A DNA stretch of 64,000 bases, taken from Longimicrobiales bacterium (GTDB lineage Bacteria > Gemmatimonadota > Gemmatimonadetes > Longimicrobiales > Gaopeijiaceae). The notes below the pieces were generated by a model. That model had not been told where the DNA came from and did not search any database. It worked only from the letters and a program-made list of their open reading frames with translations. The stretch lies in NCBI GenBank assembly GCA_965197725.1, contig CBDANQ010000057.1:1-64000 (forward strand), written 5' to 3'. This document shows, in pieces, positions 31,015-42,596 of the stretch. Within the stretch, counting starts at the first letter, position 1; every line of letters starts with the position of its first letter. Position numbers and translations under genes: made by a program.

Positions 31015-31914
31015 CTACCGTAGTCCGTGCTCCTTCAAGAACCCGCGGATTACGGCGTAGATCATTTGATACTCGTCCAGGCTGAAACGTCCGTGGCCGC
31101 CGCCGGGCACCGTGTGCAGCTGGTTCGGCACTCCCGCCTCGTTCAGCGCCTCGTGCAGCCGGGCGGCATGGCTGTAAGGCACGATAGGATCGGCATCACC
31201 GTGAATCGTCAGGATCGGTGGCAACCCCTCCCGCACATAGGAGAGCGGAGAAACCCGCTCGGCGATCTTGTCCCGGTCGGTCATGCTGCCCATCCACCCG
31301 ACGGCGAAGCCAATCATGTTCTCGCCGTCGAGCAAGTCGCCGACATCGGTGATGCCGTACCAGTTCACAATCGCCGCGACCTCGAGCGGCTCGTTGCCTG
31401 GGCACTGGCGGTCGAGGCCGGCGGACGAGGGAACGAGGCCTGAGGTCAGAGCGAGGTGCCCGCCGGCCGAGTCACCAGTCACGACCAACTGGCTTGTGTC
31501 GATGTTGTACTGCGCCGCGTTACGGATTATCCAGCGCAGTGCACACAGGCAGTCCTCTACGGCAGCAGGCGCGAGCGCCTCGCGGGCCAGCCGATACTCG
31601 ACGTTGATGACAGCCCACCCCATCTCGAGGTAGGGCAGGAATCTCAGCGAGCTGCTCTCTTTCGTTCCTCCGACCCACCCACCCCCATGGATGTGGAGCA
31701 GCGCCGGCCCCGGCCCTTGCTGGCCTTGGGGAAGGTACAAATCGAGCTTCGCCTCGAAGCCGTCCGCGACGTGGTAAACGACGTTCGGCACGACTCGGTA
31801 CGCGGCCGCGGTGACTACGGCGGCCCTCTGGGCATCGGTTGTCTGCGAGTGGACGGGACCGGCGAGCGCCACGCACGCCAGAATCGGCATGATGGCCAGG
31901 GTCATTCGCTTCAT
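31015..31914 (-). CDS. Secreted alpha/beta hydrolase (HSL/BD-FAE-type esterase)
   Basis: Signal peptide, HGGGW, GDSAGGH, HGDADPIVP, GGGH. Confidence 0.9.
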   Translation of the reverse strand: MKRMTLAIMPILACVALAGPVHSQTTDAQRAAVVTAAAYRVVPNVVYHVADGFEAKLDLYLPQGQQGPGPALLHIHGGGWVGGTKESSSLRFLPYLEMGWAVINVEYRLAREALAPAAVEDCLCALRWIIRNAAQYNIDTSQLVVTGDSAGGHLALTSGLVPSSAGLDRQCPGNEPLEVAAIVNWYGITDVGDLLDGENMIGFAVGWMGSMTDRDKIAERVSPLSYVREGLPPILTIHGDADPIVPYSHAARLHEALNEAGVPNQLHTVPGGGHGRFSLDEYQMIYAVIRGFLKEHGLR

Positions 31915-32197
31915 CTCGTACTCCTCGTGGCCTGTAGATTCGTGTGAGGTCAACATCCTATGGGCGGTGGCGTGTTCGCAAGCAGGCCAAAAGCGCTTCC
32001 GTCGCGGGTGTATCACCGCCGGAGGTTACCTTTCGAGTGGCCAGAAATCTCCACCACCACGGTGCAGCGGATGATCGACCCGACTCAGGTGGTGTCATGA
32101 CGGAGCGCGATCCCGACATCCTCAACGAAGACGAAGCGGTCCGCGTCTGGCAGCGCGCGGCTCACCTTCAGCCTTAGGCGGCCCGAAGAGCCGGACG

Positions 32198-32266
32198 CTC
32201 GCCGACTTTCATCCCCGGGTCCACTTCCACTTCGTTCCCACCGGCGCCTCTTGGCTCAATCTCGTG
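32198..32266 (+). mobile_element. IS630-family transposase shard
   Basis: HPRVHFHFVPTGASWLNLV. Confidence 0.65.
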
Positions 32267-32633
32267 ATCGCCCCGCGCCAGGAGCACGGGAGACGATCGG
32301 TCCCAATACGCCCCCTCCTTCCGGTGAGCGTTGGCGGCATGACGCTCCTCTACCTCACCCCTGACGAACTCACCCCAGCCGCCGCGTCTGCGCTATAATA
32401 GTCCATCGTCTCCTCGAAGTCGGAGACGATCCGAACGCATGGACTGTGCCCGCGGTATGGCCAGCGACGATGTCTCTGCTGTGGTGCTCGGGGGCGAAGC
32501 GGGTGTGCGTGCGTTCACGGTTGTCCAGAGGGTGAGGGGGACGAGGTGATGGACGTGACTGAGGGCTGAGGTCGGTGGCTTGTGCGAAGCGACGGATCAC
32601 CGCAGAGCCACCGTACCGACGGTAGGATTCAGC

Positions 32634-32825
32634 ATGGTCGACCTAGAGGAGTCCGCAAGCAGCCGGAGAGGTGACCGAGAGAAGGCCCGGATCGACGCGG
32701 CGCTGATCGCCGCGCGCTCGCAACGGGCGCAGAGGAGAACGCGAACAAGGATTGCGAAGCAAGCGCTCAGCTGGGGCACCCTGATCGCCCTCGTCGCGTT
32801 GCTCAAGATCTTCGGGGTTCGCTGA
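32634..32825 (+). CDS. Small protein with a C-terminal membrane anchor
   Basis: Charged N-part, then WGTLIALVALLKIFGVR*. Confidence 0.45.
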   Translation: MVDLEESASSRRGDREKARIDAALIAARSQRAQRRTRTRIAKQALSWGTLIALVALLKIFGVR

Positions 32826-32894
32826 TCGCGCATCACGCGTCCGACTCCCTCGCCCTATACTTTTCGGGCGACCGGCGATCTTCGTAGGAAGGAG

Positions 32895-33164
32895 GTGTTT
32901 CGGGTGAGCCCCAGCGCAGCAGAGGTCGAGGCCAAAAAGGAGTCATTCCGCCGGCTCGGTGCCAAGGAGATCCGGCGCCGGCTGGATAACAACGAGATCG
33001 GGCCTACTGGAAGCTGGGAGAAGCGAGTCGCGTGGAGTGTCTTCCGGGACCTCGCCGCTGAGCAGAAGGCTCGCCGCCCGACCGCCAATGGAAAGGCGAT
33101 AGCCCTTGGTGTCTCCCTTGTTGCGGCACTCGCGCTGGTGCTCAAAATCCTGGGCATTATCTAG
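32895..33164 (+). CDS. Small protein with a C-terminal membrane anchor
   Basis: AGGAAGGAGG RBS-like run upstream; ends IALGVSLVAALALVLKILGII*. Confidence 0.5.
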   Translation: MFRVSPSAAEVEAKKESFRRLGAKEIRRRLDNNEIGPTGSWEKRVAWSVFRDLAAEQKARRPTANGKAIALGVSLVAALALVLKILGII

Positions 33165-33280
33165 GTGCCTCAGCGAGCCAGGCGCCGCGAACGCCGACGC
33201 CGAACCCCCTCACACTGCGGGCACCGGAGATCAGTCAACGCCGCTCATCGGCTCGTCGGGTGGGACCCTCACGGAACCCC

Positions 33281-34615
33281 CTAGCGTAAGGGAGCTTCGA
33301 ACCACCCCCAAAACACCACCATGATCACGGTCGCGACGGCTAGGGTCACGAGCATCGCCGGCATGCCCTTTCTGAACCACAGCCCCGGAGTGATCGCCAA
33401 GCTCGGATCGTTTTCCTCACGCGCCAAGCGCTCGGAGATCGTGACGATGAACACGTTGGCCGTCGAACCGATGTGGGTGCCATTCCCGCCGAGTCCCACG
33501 CCCATCGCGAGCCCCCACCATATCGGCGTCACGTTGATCCCCTGCGTCTCCATACCGAGGATGATCGGGATCATCGCCGCGGTGAACGGAATGTTATCGA
33601 TCGCCGCCGATAGAAAGGCGGCGACCCACATCAGCACAATCGTCGCTACCATCAGATCGTTTTGGGCGAAAGGCAGGATGAACTGACCTACGTAGACGAG
33701 GAACTCACTGTGCTCCACGCCGCCGACCACCATGAAAAGGCCGATGAAGAAGATCAGCAGTGGGACTTCGAGGTGCTCCACCGCATGATCCATCAGCAGG
33801 TTCCGGGACGCGAACACCAACGCGGTCATGCCAAGCGCTGCAACGAACCACGGCTCCCATCCCAAGCGCCCGTGAAGAATGAAGAGGACGACCATGGCGC
33901 CGAGGACGATCAGGGAGGCCTTCCAGAGCCTCGGGTCCTTGATCTCACCCTTTTCGTGGAAAGTATCGGCCGGTTCTACAGCCAGCTCTTTCCGGAAGAG
34001 GAACTTGAGAAACAAGAGGACCGCGAGCCAAACCACGGCAACCGGTGGCCCCATGCGGATCACGAAGTCGTTGAATGAAATGTCCGCCGCCGAGCCGATC
34101 ATGAGGTTCGGGGGATCGCCCACGAGCGTGCCGATGCCACCCGTATCGGCAAGCAATGCCGCCCCCAGGAGGTAAGGGATCGGATTGATCTTCTGCGCCT
34201 TCGCGATCAGGATGATCAGCGGCCCGAAGATCACGACCGTCGTCACATTGTCGAGCAACAGCGAAAGTACCGTCACACAAGTGCCGAGCAGCACCAGCAT
34301 CAGGTAGAGCCGTCCTTTGCTGAACGCAGCCAGCTTGAACGCCAACCAACCGAAACCCCCGGTCGGGATCATGATCGAGACGATCGTCATCATCGCCGCG
34401 AGCAGGAAGATCACGTTCCAGTCCACCGCCTCGACCGCTTCCTCCGGTGTGTAGAAGCCGTAGATCTGGCCCACGATCACCATCGCAACGGAGCCCGCTG
34501 CAGCGACCTTCGCCCGCTCCATGCCATGAAGTTGCTCAGTGAAGATGCCGATGAACGTCACCGCCAGAACGATCCCCGAGGCGATCATCGCATTCGTTAA
34601 GACTAGCTGCTCCAT
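33281..34615 (-). CDS. ArsB/NhaD (IT superfamily) permease
   Basis: LDNVTTV, GGIGTLVGDPPNLMIG, IDNIPFT, GGNGTHIGSTAN. Confidence 0.9.
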   Translation of the reverse strand: MEQLVLTNAMIASGIVLAVTFIGIFTEQLHGMERAKVAAAGSVAMVIVGQIYGFYTPEEAVEAVDWNVIFLLAAMMTIVSIMIPTGGFGWLAFKLAAFSKGRLYLMLVLLGTCVTVLSLLLDNVTTVVIFGPLIILIAKAQKINPIPYLLGAALLADTGGIGTLVGDPPNLMIGSAADISFNDFVIRMGPPVAVVWLAVLLFLKFLFRKELAVEPADTFHEKGEIKDPRLWKASLIVLGAMVVLFILHGRLGWEPWFVAALGMTALVFASRNLLMDHAVEHLEVPLLIFFIGLFMVVGGVEHSEFLVYVGQFILPFAQNDLMVATIVLMWVAAFLSAAIDNIPFTAAMIPIILGMETQGINVTPIWWGLAMGVGLGGNGTHIGSTANVFIVTISERLAREENDPSLAITPGLWFRKGMPAMLVTLAVATVIMVVFWGWFEAPLR

Positions 34616-34728
34616 CTCTATGGTCTCCGGAGGTTGAGTCGATAGACGTAAAAAGCCTCAGGCGGCGGCGCAGTTCACGCAGTTCACGATGTCCAGCCGG
34701 ATTGCCGCCCGGGGAAATGCGGGACCCG

Positions 34729-35668
34729 CTACACTTGAATCGGCGCCTCGAAGCCTTCCGGCTTCAGGGTCAAGACGGAGCAGTCTACGGCGTTCAGAAC
34801 CTTTTCGGCCGTGTTTCCGAATCAGAAGCCCCGGAACTCCGGCGCGCCCAACCGTGCCGATGACCACCAGGTCCACTTCGAGGCTCTCGGCGAGGTCAGG
34901 AATGACGTCTCCGGCCTGACCCTCCGTGAGGTGAACGGTTCTCTTGTCGTACGGGTAGAGACCCAGAAGGCGATCTAGCTCGGATTGGTGAGCGCCCTCG
35001 ATGCTTCGTACGATCTTATCGACATCCGTTGTGTCGATCTGCCGCCCCCTCAACGCTGTCTCGGCCGCCAGCCGCCAAGCGTGCACGACGTGCAAGTCAC
35101 TCCCCTCTTCCGTAGCCAGAGACGTGGCGAGCGCCATGATCCGCGTGGCCAGCGACTCCGTGTCCGGCTCAGTCGGGTCTAAATCCACGGCCGCAAGAAT
35201 TTTACGGAGTTGGGTTTCCCTCGACGGCTTTACGATCCACACCGGACAAGGACAGTTCCGCATCAGCTTCTGTTCACCAGTGCCGAACAACCTCTTCCAC
35301 TTCCCGGTATCTCCTTCGGCAGCTTTCATGACGAGATCGTGGTGATTGACGAGTACCGCCAGAATCACCGATAAAGGCATGGCGCCCGTTTCCACTGCCA
35401 CGTCGATGGTCAACTGTGGATGTTCTGAGATAGCCTCCTGACGCAGGCTCTCGAGCTCCTCGCGGCGCTCCTCGAGGTGGGCCCTGTTTATCGCCTCAAC
35501 CGCGGAACGGGTCTCTTGGTCATTGAACTGATAGCCCTCTGCATCGAGTGCAGCGAAAAGCGTGAGCTTCGCGCTATTGGCGCTGGCGAGCGCAACTGCA
35601 CGCGCTAGCACCGACTCCTCGCCCTCACTGCCGTCCGCCACAAAAAGGATGCTCTTACAGAGTCGCAC
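34729..35668 (-). CDS. Tandem universal stress protein (UspE-like), frameshift ~34815
   Basis: KLMRNCPCPVWIVK, DLVVIGTVGRAG; shifted tail NTAEKVLNAVDCSVLTLKPEGF. Confidence 0.85.
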
Positions 35669-35928
35669 TTGGCTGTCCGCCTTTACATGTAGAGTGTGGA
35701 CCCAGAACAACGTTACGCCTCACCCACGGAAGGAGGTATATATCGGAGCGAACGCTCGTGCGTCAAGCTGGTGCCGACCCCTCAGGGCACCCCATGCTCC
35801 GCCACCCGAGGGGACCACAGGATCGACTCGTCGCGAGCGGCACCGGACAACCCTCCCGGAGGCCCCTCGCCTCTGGCCGGTGGGACCTCCTTCCCGGCTA
35901 CGGACTTCACGTAGGCTCCCCGGACGAC

Positions 35929-37385
35929 GAAGGTGTCCCCGGCTCAGTTGAAGGTGGTGACTCCGAGGCTTTCGTGATTAACCTGCCATCTTCATTTCGG
36001 CAACCGGCTCGCGGTCATCGAGGTGAGCTTTGAGCATCCAGAGTTGGTCGAAGCCGACGATGCGTCGGTAGTTCTTCTCGGTCTCGACGAAGGAGGCAGC
36101 GGCCCATCTCAGTGCCATCGCTCCGTTCTTCCAGTTCGTCACCCTATAGGTCTTCTGCCTCACGCCTGCGTGGGTGCTGTCGATCAGGTTCGTGGTGCCG
36201 AGGCACTTCCTCAGCCGAGGCGGTAGCCCAAGCCGGTTGATTGTGAACATCTCACCCAGCCCCTCCCTCAGGCTCGCTGCGGCCGACGGCTGATCTCGTT
36301 CAAGCCACCGCGCGAGCTGCTCGAGTTTCTGCACGCCGTCCCTCGCGTCGAGCTTCCAGGCCGCGCGGATCGCGGCCTTCACCTGCGGGTGCTGATCCTT
36401 CGGTAGGTGAGCGAGCACGTTTCTGAGCTTGTGATGTCGGCATCTCTGGACCGAGTGGCCCGCGCCGAACACCTGAACAATCGCCTTCCGTAACGCCTTC
36501 GAGCCATCGATCACGAACAGGCGTCGACGCTCGGGGTCCAGACCCCGCTCGACCAGATCCTGCAGCAGGGCCGTCGTCACTTCGGTGTTCTCACTCGCTC
36601 CCTGCCGCATCCCCAGCACGTGCTTCTTGCCGTCCGTGTCCACGCCCACAGCCGCAAGTACGTGGTGCGCACCGAGTTGGATACCGTCCAGGTAGATCAC
36701 CAACAGATCCCATGCGTCCAGCCGCCGCTCCATCAGCTCCTTCAGCACGCGCTCCGACGCTTCGATCGTCTCGCGGCTCACCGACGACTTGCTCACCCCC
36801 ACCGTGTCGGCCATCTCGCCGATCACCTGGCCGTATTTCCGGGTGCTCACACCTGCCATCAGGATCTCCAACATTCGGTCCGCCATGGTGCCCGGCCTGC
36901 GCATCGCCTCGTACGCTGGCACCTCGACCTCGCCGCCCTGGCCGCCAGTCCGCTCACGCAGCCGAGGCCGCTGGATACGGACCTTTCGGTCCGACAGGTA
37001 GACCTGACCGCCCTGGCGGCCGTACCAGACCGTCGCCCCCTCCTCGCGTGCCTTGCCCGATTGCTTCGGGCCCGCCACTCCTTCGGCGCTCATCTCGAGT
37101 ACCGCCTCGATCGTCGCTCGGCCCATCACCTGGACGACTTCGTCGATCGCGAGCTCCGTGTGCTCTACGAGCTCGACCATCGGCAGCAGGAACTGGCCTT
37201 CTCGCTTCACGAACTCAGCCATCGCACGCCTGTCCGTGTCACTCGCTACTTCGTACGTTCTCTTCATCGTGGTGGCTCCGTTTTTGGGTTTTTAGCGCAC
37301 CCGATCCTATCGGATCGGGCACCCTCGGAGCCACCACTTTTCTTTTCCCTCTTCAGGGACCTTCAACTACGGCTGGGTCAGCTTC
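35929..37385 (-). mobile_element. IS256-family insertion sequence
   Basis: Imperfect IRs gaaggtgtccccggctcagttgaaggt and gaagctgacccagccgtagttgaaggt; no TSD seen. Confidence 0.9.
35978..37267 (-). CDS. IS256 (mutator) transposase
   Basis: GVSTRK, IYLDG, VIDGSKAL, QRCRHHK, TTNLIDS. Confidence 0.93.
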   Translation of the reverse strand: MKRTYEVASDTDRRAMAEFVKREGQFLLPMVELVEHTELAIDEVVQVMGRATIEAVLEMSAEGVAGPKQSGKAREEGATVWYGRQGGQVYLSDRKVRIQRPRLRERTGGQGGEVEVPAYEAMRRPGTMADRMLEILMAGVSTRKYGQVIGEMADTVGVSKSSVSRETIEASERVLKELMERRLDAWDLLVIYLDGIQLGAHHVLAAVGVDTDGKKHVLGMRQGASENTEVTTALLQDLVERGLDPERRRLFVIDGSKALRKAIVQVFGAGHSVQRCRHHKLRNVLAHLPKDQHPQVKAAIRAAWKLDARDGVQKLEQLARWLERDQPSAAASLREGLGEMFTINRLGLPPRLRKCLGTTNLIDSTHAGVRQKTYRVTNWKNGAMALRWAAASFVETEKNYRRIVGFDQLWMLKAHLDDREPVAEMKMAG

Positions 37386-38195
37386 TCGGAGATTCTTCCA
37401 CGACCTGCGGACAACGTTGAGCGGAAAGCTTGTGCTCTTGTATGTGATTCTCGCTGTTCCTCTCGCCCTGAGCTATCTGACCGGGGACAGCGAGATGTTT
37501 GGGGTGGTGGGGCCATACCAGGAGCTTCAGTTGCTCCGGGTGGCCAACGTCGTGCTGCTCGTCGTGACCTGCGTTTCGGTCTTCGCGGCGCTCGCCATGC
37601 AGGTCGCGAACTTCCAAGGACACCGAGCCACTGATGCATTTCCCGGGGGCCGTTCCCGGCCTAGCGGCCTACGTGCTTCTCGTCCCTGGCATAGGTGCCT
37701 CGATCCTGCTTCTGGGGATCGTTCACGCCATGGGGTATGGGCGGTTGCTCGTCTCCCATTCGTCAGGTCGCCTGGAGCCGGTCCTGGCCACCGGCTCGAT
37801 CTTTGTGCTCTCGCTCACCCTGCTCGGCCTCGTGTCCGCGGGAGCGTTCAGAGCGGTTGTGCTCCGCGCCGGCGCGCGATTCAATCTTTGGGGGCTCCGG
37901 GCGTCGGCGGGATTGGCCGGAGTGCTTGCATTCCTCGCGCTCATCGCGGTGCCCGGCGTCGTCGTCTCCCACGGAGGTGAGGCTTTAGCCGCGAACATCG
38001 CGTCGCTCGACTTCGTCACGCCCCTGGTCCAGTGGGTCGTCTCAGGACCGTGGACTCGGTGGCCCCTCGTCATCTTGCCTCCGGTGGCCCTCATCACCGT
38101 GGCGTTGGCGCCCTCACTGTATTGAGCCTGCTCGGGATTGCGGTTGCGGGTGGCATGGGCCTGTTCGGCGCCAAGCGACTCGGGGAGTCGGAGAT
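37386..38195 (+). pseudogene. Membrane protein / ABC permease, 5' lost and frameshifted
   Basis: Multiple TM stretches over two or more frames, starting right at the IS256 end and leading into an ABC ATPase. Confidence 0.55.
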
Positions 38196-40435
38196 ATGAC
38201 CGCGGCGCTAGTCTACGAGTCCGTCACGAAGTACTACGACGACAAGCTGGCTGTCGACGGCCTCAGCCTCGACGTGGAACCGGGAAACGTCTTCTGTTTT
38301 CTCGGCCCGAACGGAGCGGGGAAGACGACCGCGATCCATATGCTTATGGGTCTGAAGCATCCGTCCAGCGGTGACATCAAGATCAACGGTGTGAGCATCG
38401 CTTCACGTCAAATCGGCATCGAGCGCAAGAGGATCGGATATGTCGCCGAGAATCCGAAGCTCTACGACTTTCTGACCGGCGCGGAGTTCGTCGACCTCAT
38501 TGCGAAGCTCTACGGCCGCGACTCCCGCTCCTCCCGAGGCGCCGAGTATCTCCAGAGATTCGGCCTCGGCAAGGACGTCGACCGTGTGATTCGGGGCTAT
38601 TCCCTCGGGATGAAAAAGAAGACCGCGCTCGCTGCCGCCCTCTCTTTCGATCCCAATATCCTGGTGCTCGATGAACCGACCGGGGGGCTCGACGTATACG
38701 GCGCCCGAGAGGTCAAAGCCGTGATCCGGGAAGCGGTCGATGCGGACAAGACGGTGTTCTTCACCACGCACATCCTGGAGTTGGCCGAGCGACTCGCGGA
38801 CCACATCGCCATCATCGCCGAGGGCAGACTGGTCTCGTCCGGATCTCTCGACCAGTTGAGAGAGGCACACGGGAGTCTCGCCGCCTCTCTAGCAGTCCGT
38901 GGAAGAAATAGGTTCCCAGCGGATGATGGGTGGGAGAGAAGGCAGACACGCGGGGGCTGTGTTGTTGTGCAAGAAGCGGGTTTTGGGGTCTGACGAGGCG
39001 ATATTCGGCCCAAGGAAGGCGAAATAGCGCCGAATACGGCGGAAAAAGCGCGAGACGCGGGTTGTAACCTGAGTTGCGAGCGCAGCTTGTACGGTAGCGA
39101 GGCCCTGTAACGCACGGGGGGTTCCAACCCCGAACCGCTTGCGCATGAGAAGGCCGAGGTTGAAGGCCGCCGCGTGGATCAACATCCGTTTTCGAATCTC
39201 CTCCTGGCCCCGTATGTGGACGCGACGCAGCCCTCCGGTCACAAGCAAGTGCGCAAACCCCCGCTCCACCTTCTCGCCGCGCTGGCGCAGCAGCCGCATC
39301 CCCCGGTTGCCGCGGATCCGGCGGCGGTTGTCGTAGGTCGGCGTCTGCGCGTCCCGGTTGTTCTTCCATTTCCGGCACCCGCGGTTGGGCTCGCTCACAT
39401 AGCTGCGCAGCTCCCGCTCCTTCACGCCCGTCATGGTCTTGTTCGAGTGGTAGCCTTTGTCGGCCACCACTTCCTCGGGCTCTACCTGCACTACTTCCAG
39501 CTGCCGCTCTGCCTCGTCCAGCGTGTTGGGCAGCGACGCCACATCTCCCCCGTCCATCGTCTGCACCGTCACCGCCACAAGCGCACCGGTCTCCATGTCG
39601 ACCGCCTGCTCCAACTTGTGCGCCAGGCGCGTCCTGCCGTCCTTCATCTTCGTGATCCGCGCCTCCGGGTCGTGCGGATGCACCCAGTCCTTGTTCGAGC
39701 CCTTCTTCGGACGCTTCCGGTCCAGCGTCGTCAGATCCTTGCGCGTCGGCGTCTCGATCCCCGACGCCCGGGCCACCTGCTCCAGCCATTCATCGTAGCC
39801 CAACCCGTCGTCGCGCCGCACGATCGTGCGCATCGCCGCATTCGCCTCCAGCGTCGTCGAGTCGACGCCCAGCGTCTTGCCGCTCAGCAACCCCGACCCC
39901 TTCAGCAGCTCCAGCACCCGCCCGAACACCGCCGCGTGCGCTTCCACGCTCAGGCGCTTGCGCGTCTTCGACAGGGTCGAATGCTCCGGCGGGTTCTTCG
40001 CCCACCCGTATCCCAGAAACTCACGCAACGACAACGAGTCCCCACACCGCCAGGCAATGCCCCGCTCCGAGCCGATCCCTTCCAGGTAGCCCACCATCAT
40101 CATTCGGAAATACACCCCGGGAGCAATCCCCGGCCGACCCCGATTGTCCGCGTAGAACTCACGGCATGCCTCTTCCGCGAACTCGTCAAACCCGCTTTTC
40201 GCCAGAAGCTCGTTCAAGGCCCAGTAGAACGGGTTGTCCAAGGCCCGAATCTCGCTCGCCACCACGAACATCTCGCCCTGCCGAGCCTCGGGCCGCTTGC
40301 CTACCGCCATCGCCGTCCTCGCTGCAAAAACCCTCGTGTCCTCCTGATTTAACACAACAGCGATGACCGGACTTTATCCACGGTCTGCTAGAGGACATCT
40401 TCGTCGGCGTGGCGGGACCCGGAATTGAAGCCTAG
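38196..40435 (+). pseudogene. ABC transporter ATPase interrupted by an IS near its 3' end
   Basis: GPNGAGKTT, YSLGMKKK, LDEPT; removing the IS and one CTAG restores ...GSLAASLEDIFVGVAGPGIEA*. Confidence 0.88.
38893..40387 (-). mobile_element. IS5/IS1182-like element copy 1 (DUF772 + DDE transposase, 38889-40355)
   Basis: IRs cagtccgtgga / tccacggtctg with CTAG on both flanks; GRPGIAP...SER, VDSTTLEANA, VADKGY, VERGFA. Confidence 0.92.
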
Positions 40436-40478
40436 CACATCGTTTCGATGTCCGATGGCTCCCAGGTAGTGTTTCGCC

Positions 40479-42596
40479 ATGCGGCGTAGGCGATATCCGG
40501 CGGTGCGGCAGCACGACCGGGTCGACTGCGGCCCGGCCGCCCTCCTGAGCGTGTTGAGGTTCTTTGGCGGGGACTACCCCTTGCCGGACGTGCGGCGGTT
40601 GGCGGGCACGACAAAGAGCGGTAGCTCAATGGCCGGTCTGGCCAACGCCGCTCGCCACCTCGGCCTCAGGGCCGAGGGTGCCGTGGGCACCTTCGACGAG
40701 CTTCGCGCCCAGGACCAGATGCCCTTCCTCGCCCATACCGTGCGTGAGGGGCTCTTGCACTTCCTGGTCGTATACGAGCTCGGCGATCGTTACGTCTTGG
40801 CCGCAGACCCCGCCCAGGGGTTGGTCCGGATGCGCGTGGAGGAGTTCCAGGAGTGCTGGACCGGAGCCGTCCTATTCGTGTCACCGGACGGAGCCCTGCA
40901 GCGGAAGAGTCCTCCTCACTGGACGCGCTGGATGCTGCAGCACTGCCGGCCCATTCTGGCCTGGGTTCAGCAAGCCGTCTTCCTCGGGGTGGTGTACTCG
41001 GGGCTCGGCATCGTCGTGGCCCTGTTCATCCGATGGTTGCTGGACGGTCTCATCCCGTCCGGTCAGGCGAACCGAATCGTGGTGGCAGGCTTCGCGCTGC
41101 TGGCCGTGGGTATCATTCAGGCGTGCCTGGGACTGCTCAGACAGCTCTTCGTCCTCGAGATCTCCAGACGACTCGGCAATTCCGTCGCGGGCGAATTTCT
41201 CGAGCGGCTGTTTCACCTTCCGCACGATTTCTTCGCCAGTCGCAGGATGGGAGACCTGACAGCCCGAGCGCACGACATCGGACGCATCCAATCCGCGGTA
41301 GCGGATCTCGTCGGCAGCTCAGTCCTGGCTGTTACCGTTGCGGTGACGTCTCTGCTTGCGGTGTGGGTCATCGCTCGCCCGCTCGCTCTCGCCGCCGTTT
41401 TCCTGATTCCCGCATACGCACTCATCCTGGCGGCCTTCGCCGCACGGTTGAAGTCCGACCAGCGCGAGGTCATGAGGGCGTTCGCGAACACGGAAGCCAC
41501 GTACCTCGACCATCTCTCGTGTCACGAGGAGATCCGCCTCAACGGATGGGTCGAGTGGGCCGTTTCCAGAACCGTCTCCGCCTACCGCGGTTTCCAGGAC
41601 TCGGCGTACGCACTGGGTCGTCGACACGAGCAGGTCGGTGCAGTTGCGCAAGGGTTCGGGTCCCTCCTCACGGTCGCCCTACTCGTGTTCGGTGGTGGCC
41701 TGGTGGTCTCAGATGGCCTGACAATCGGTTCCCTCGTGGCAGCCTACTCCTTACTCGCCGGAATCGTCGCTGGTGTCTCGCATGTCGTGGGCACTTGGGT
41801 GTCCTATCAGGGAGCTACCGTAGCCGCGGAGCGGCTACGCGACCTCCTTCTCGTCGAACCCGAGTCCACAGGCGGCAGACGCAGCCTCGAGCGCGTGTCG
41901 ACGGTGAGCCTGCGCGGCCTGTCATTCGACTGGCCCTCCGGAGATCCGCTCTTCCAGAACGTCGACGTCACGCTCGAGCCGGGCGTGGTCGCGCTCGCGG
42001 GACGCAACGGCGTCGGGAAGAGCACGCTCGCCCGGATTCTGACCCGACAGCTCCCGCCCTCCTCTGGCGAAGTCCTCATCAACTCGGCTCGCGCCTGCGA
42101 GTTCGAGCTCGCTTCCTACCGGCGCTGCGTCGCGGTTGTCGCCCAGGAGTCCCGGCTCTTTCGCTCGACCGTGCTCGAGAATCTGAATCCGGTGGGGGCC
42201 CACAGTACTGACCATGTGCGGGACTCGATCATGAATCTGGGTCTCCACTCGGCGTTCCGCAGACCGGCGCTGGCCTTGGGGCGGCCTGTAGGTGAGCGCG
42301 GCGGCTCGCTCTCGGCAGGCGAACGCCAAATCATCGGGCTCACCAGGGCCCTTCTCACGAAGCCGTCCGTGCTCATCCTGGACGAGGCCTTGGCCGTGCT
42401 GGATATCGGACTCCGGAAAATGGTCTTCGAGCCCCTGAGGAGATACGCGCGGGAAAACATCGTCCTGCTCATCTCACACCACGGCGATCAACTGCGCTCG
42501 GCCGATCGACTCCTCGTTCTCCATGCCCGGGGAATTCAGGAGCTGCCCACCCCGTCTCGAATCGACGATTCGGAGCTGGCCCGGCTGGTCGCATGA
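40479..42596 (+). CDS. Peptidase C39-containing ABC transporter (PCAT)
   Basis: QHDRVDCGPAAL, HFLVV and ADPAQG; TM domain; GRNGVGKST, LSAGERQ, LILDEA, ISHH. Confidence 0.92.
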   Translation: MRRRRYPAVRQHDRVDCGPAALLSVLRFFGGDYPLPDVRRLAGTTKSGSSMAGLANAARHLGLRAEGAVGTFDELRAQDQMPFLAHTVREGLLHFLVVYELGDRYVLAADPAQGLVRMRVEEFQECWTGAVLFVSPDGALQRKSPPHWTRWMLQHCRPILAWVQQAVFLGVVYSGLGIVVALFIRWLLDGLIPSGQANRIVVAGFALLAVGIIQACLGLLRQLFVLEISRRLGNSVAGEFLERLFHLPHDFFASRRMGDLTARAHDIGRIQSAVADLVGSSVLAVTVAVTSLLAVWVIARPLALAAVFLIPAYALILAAFAARLKSDQREVMRAFANTEATYLDHLSCHEEIRLNGWVEWAVSRTVSAYRGFQDSAYALGRRHEQVGAVAQGFGSLLTVALLVFGGGLVVSDGLTIGSLVAAYSLLAGIVAGVSHVVGTWVSYQGATVAAERLRDLLLVEPESTGGRRSLERVSTVSLRGLSFDWPSGDPLFQNVDVTLEPGVVALAGRNGVGKSTLARILTRQLPPSSGEVLINSARACEFELASYRRCVAVVAQESRLFRSTVLENLNPVGAHSTDHVRDSIMNLGLHSAFRRPALALGRPVGERGGSLSAGERQIIGLTRALLTKPSVLILDEALAVLDIGLRKMVFEPLRRYARENIVLLISHHGDQLRSADRLLVLHARGIQELPTPSRIDDSELARLVA

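Noticed and set aside
35700..35928. Structured RNA or intron end between usp and IS256
   Set aside because: GC-rich stems only; no convincing group II domain V or tRNA pattern
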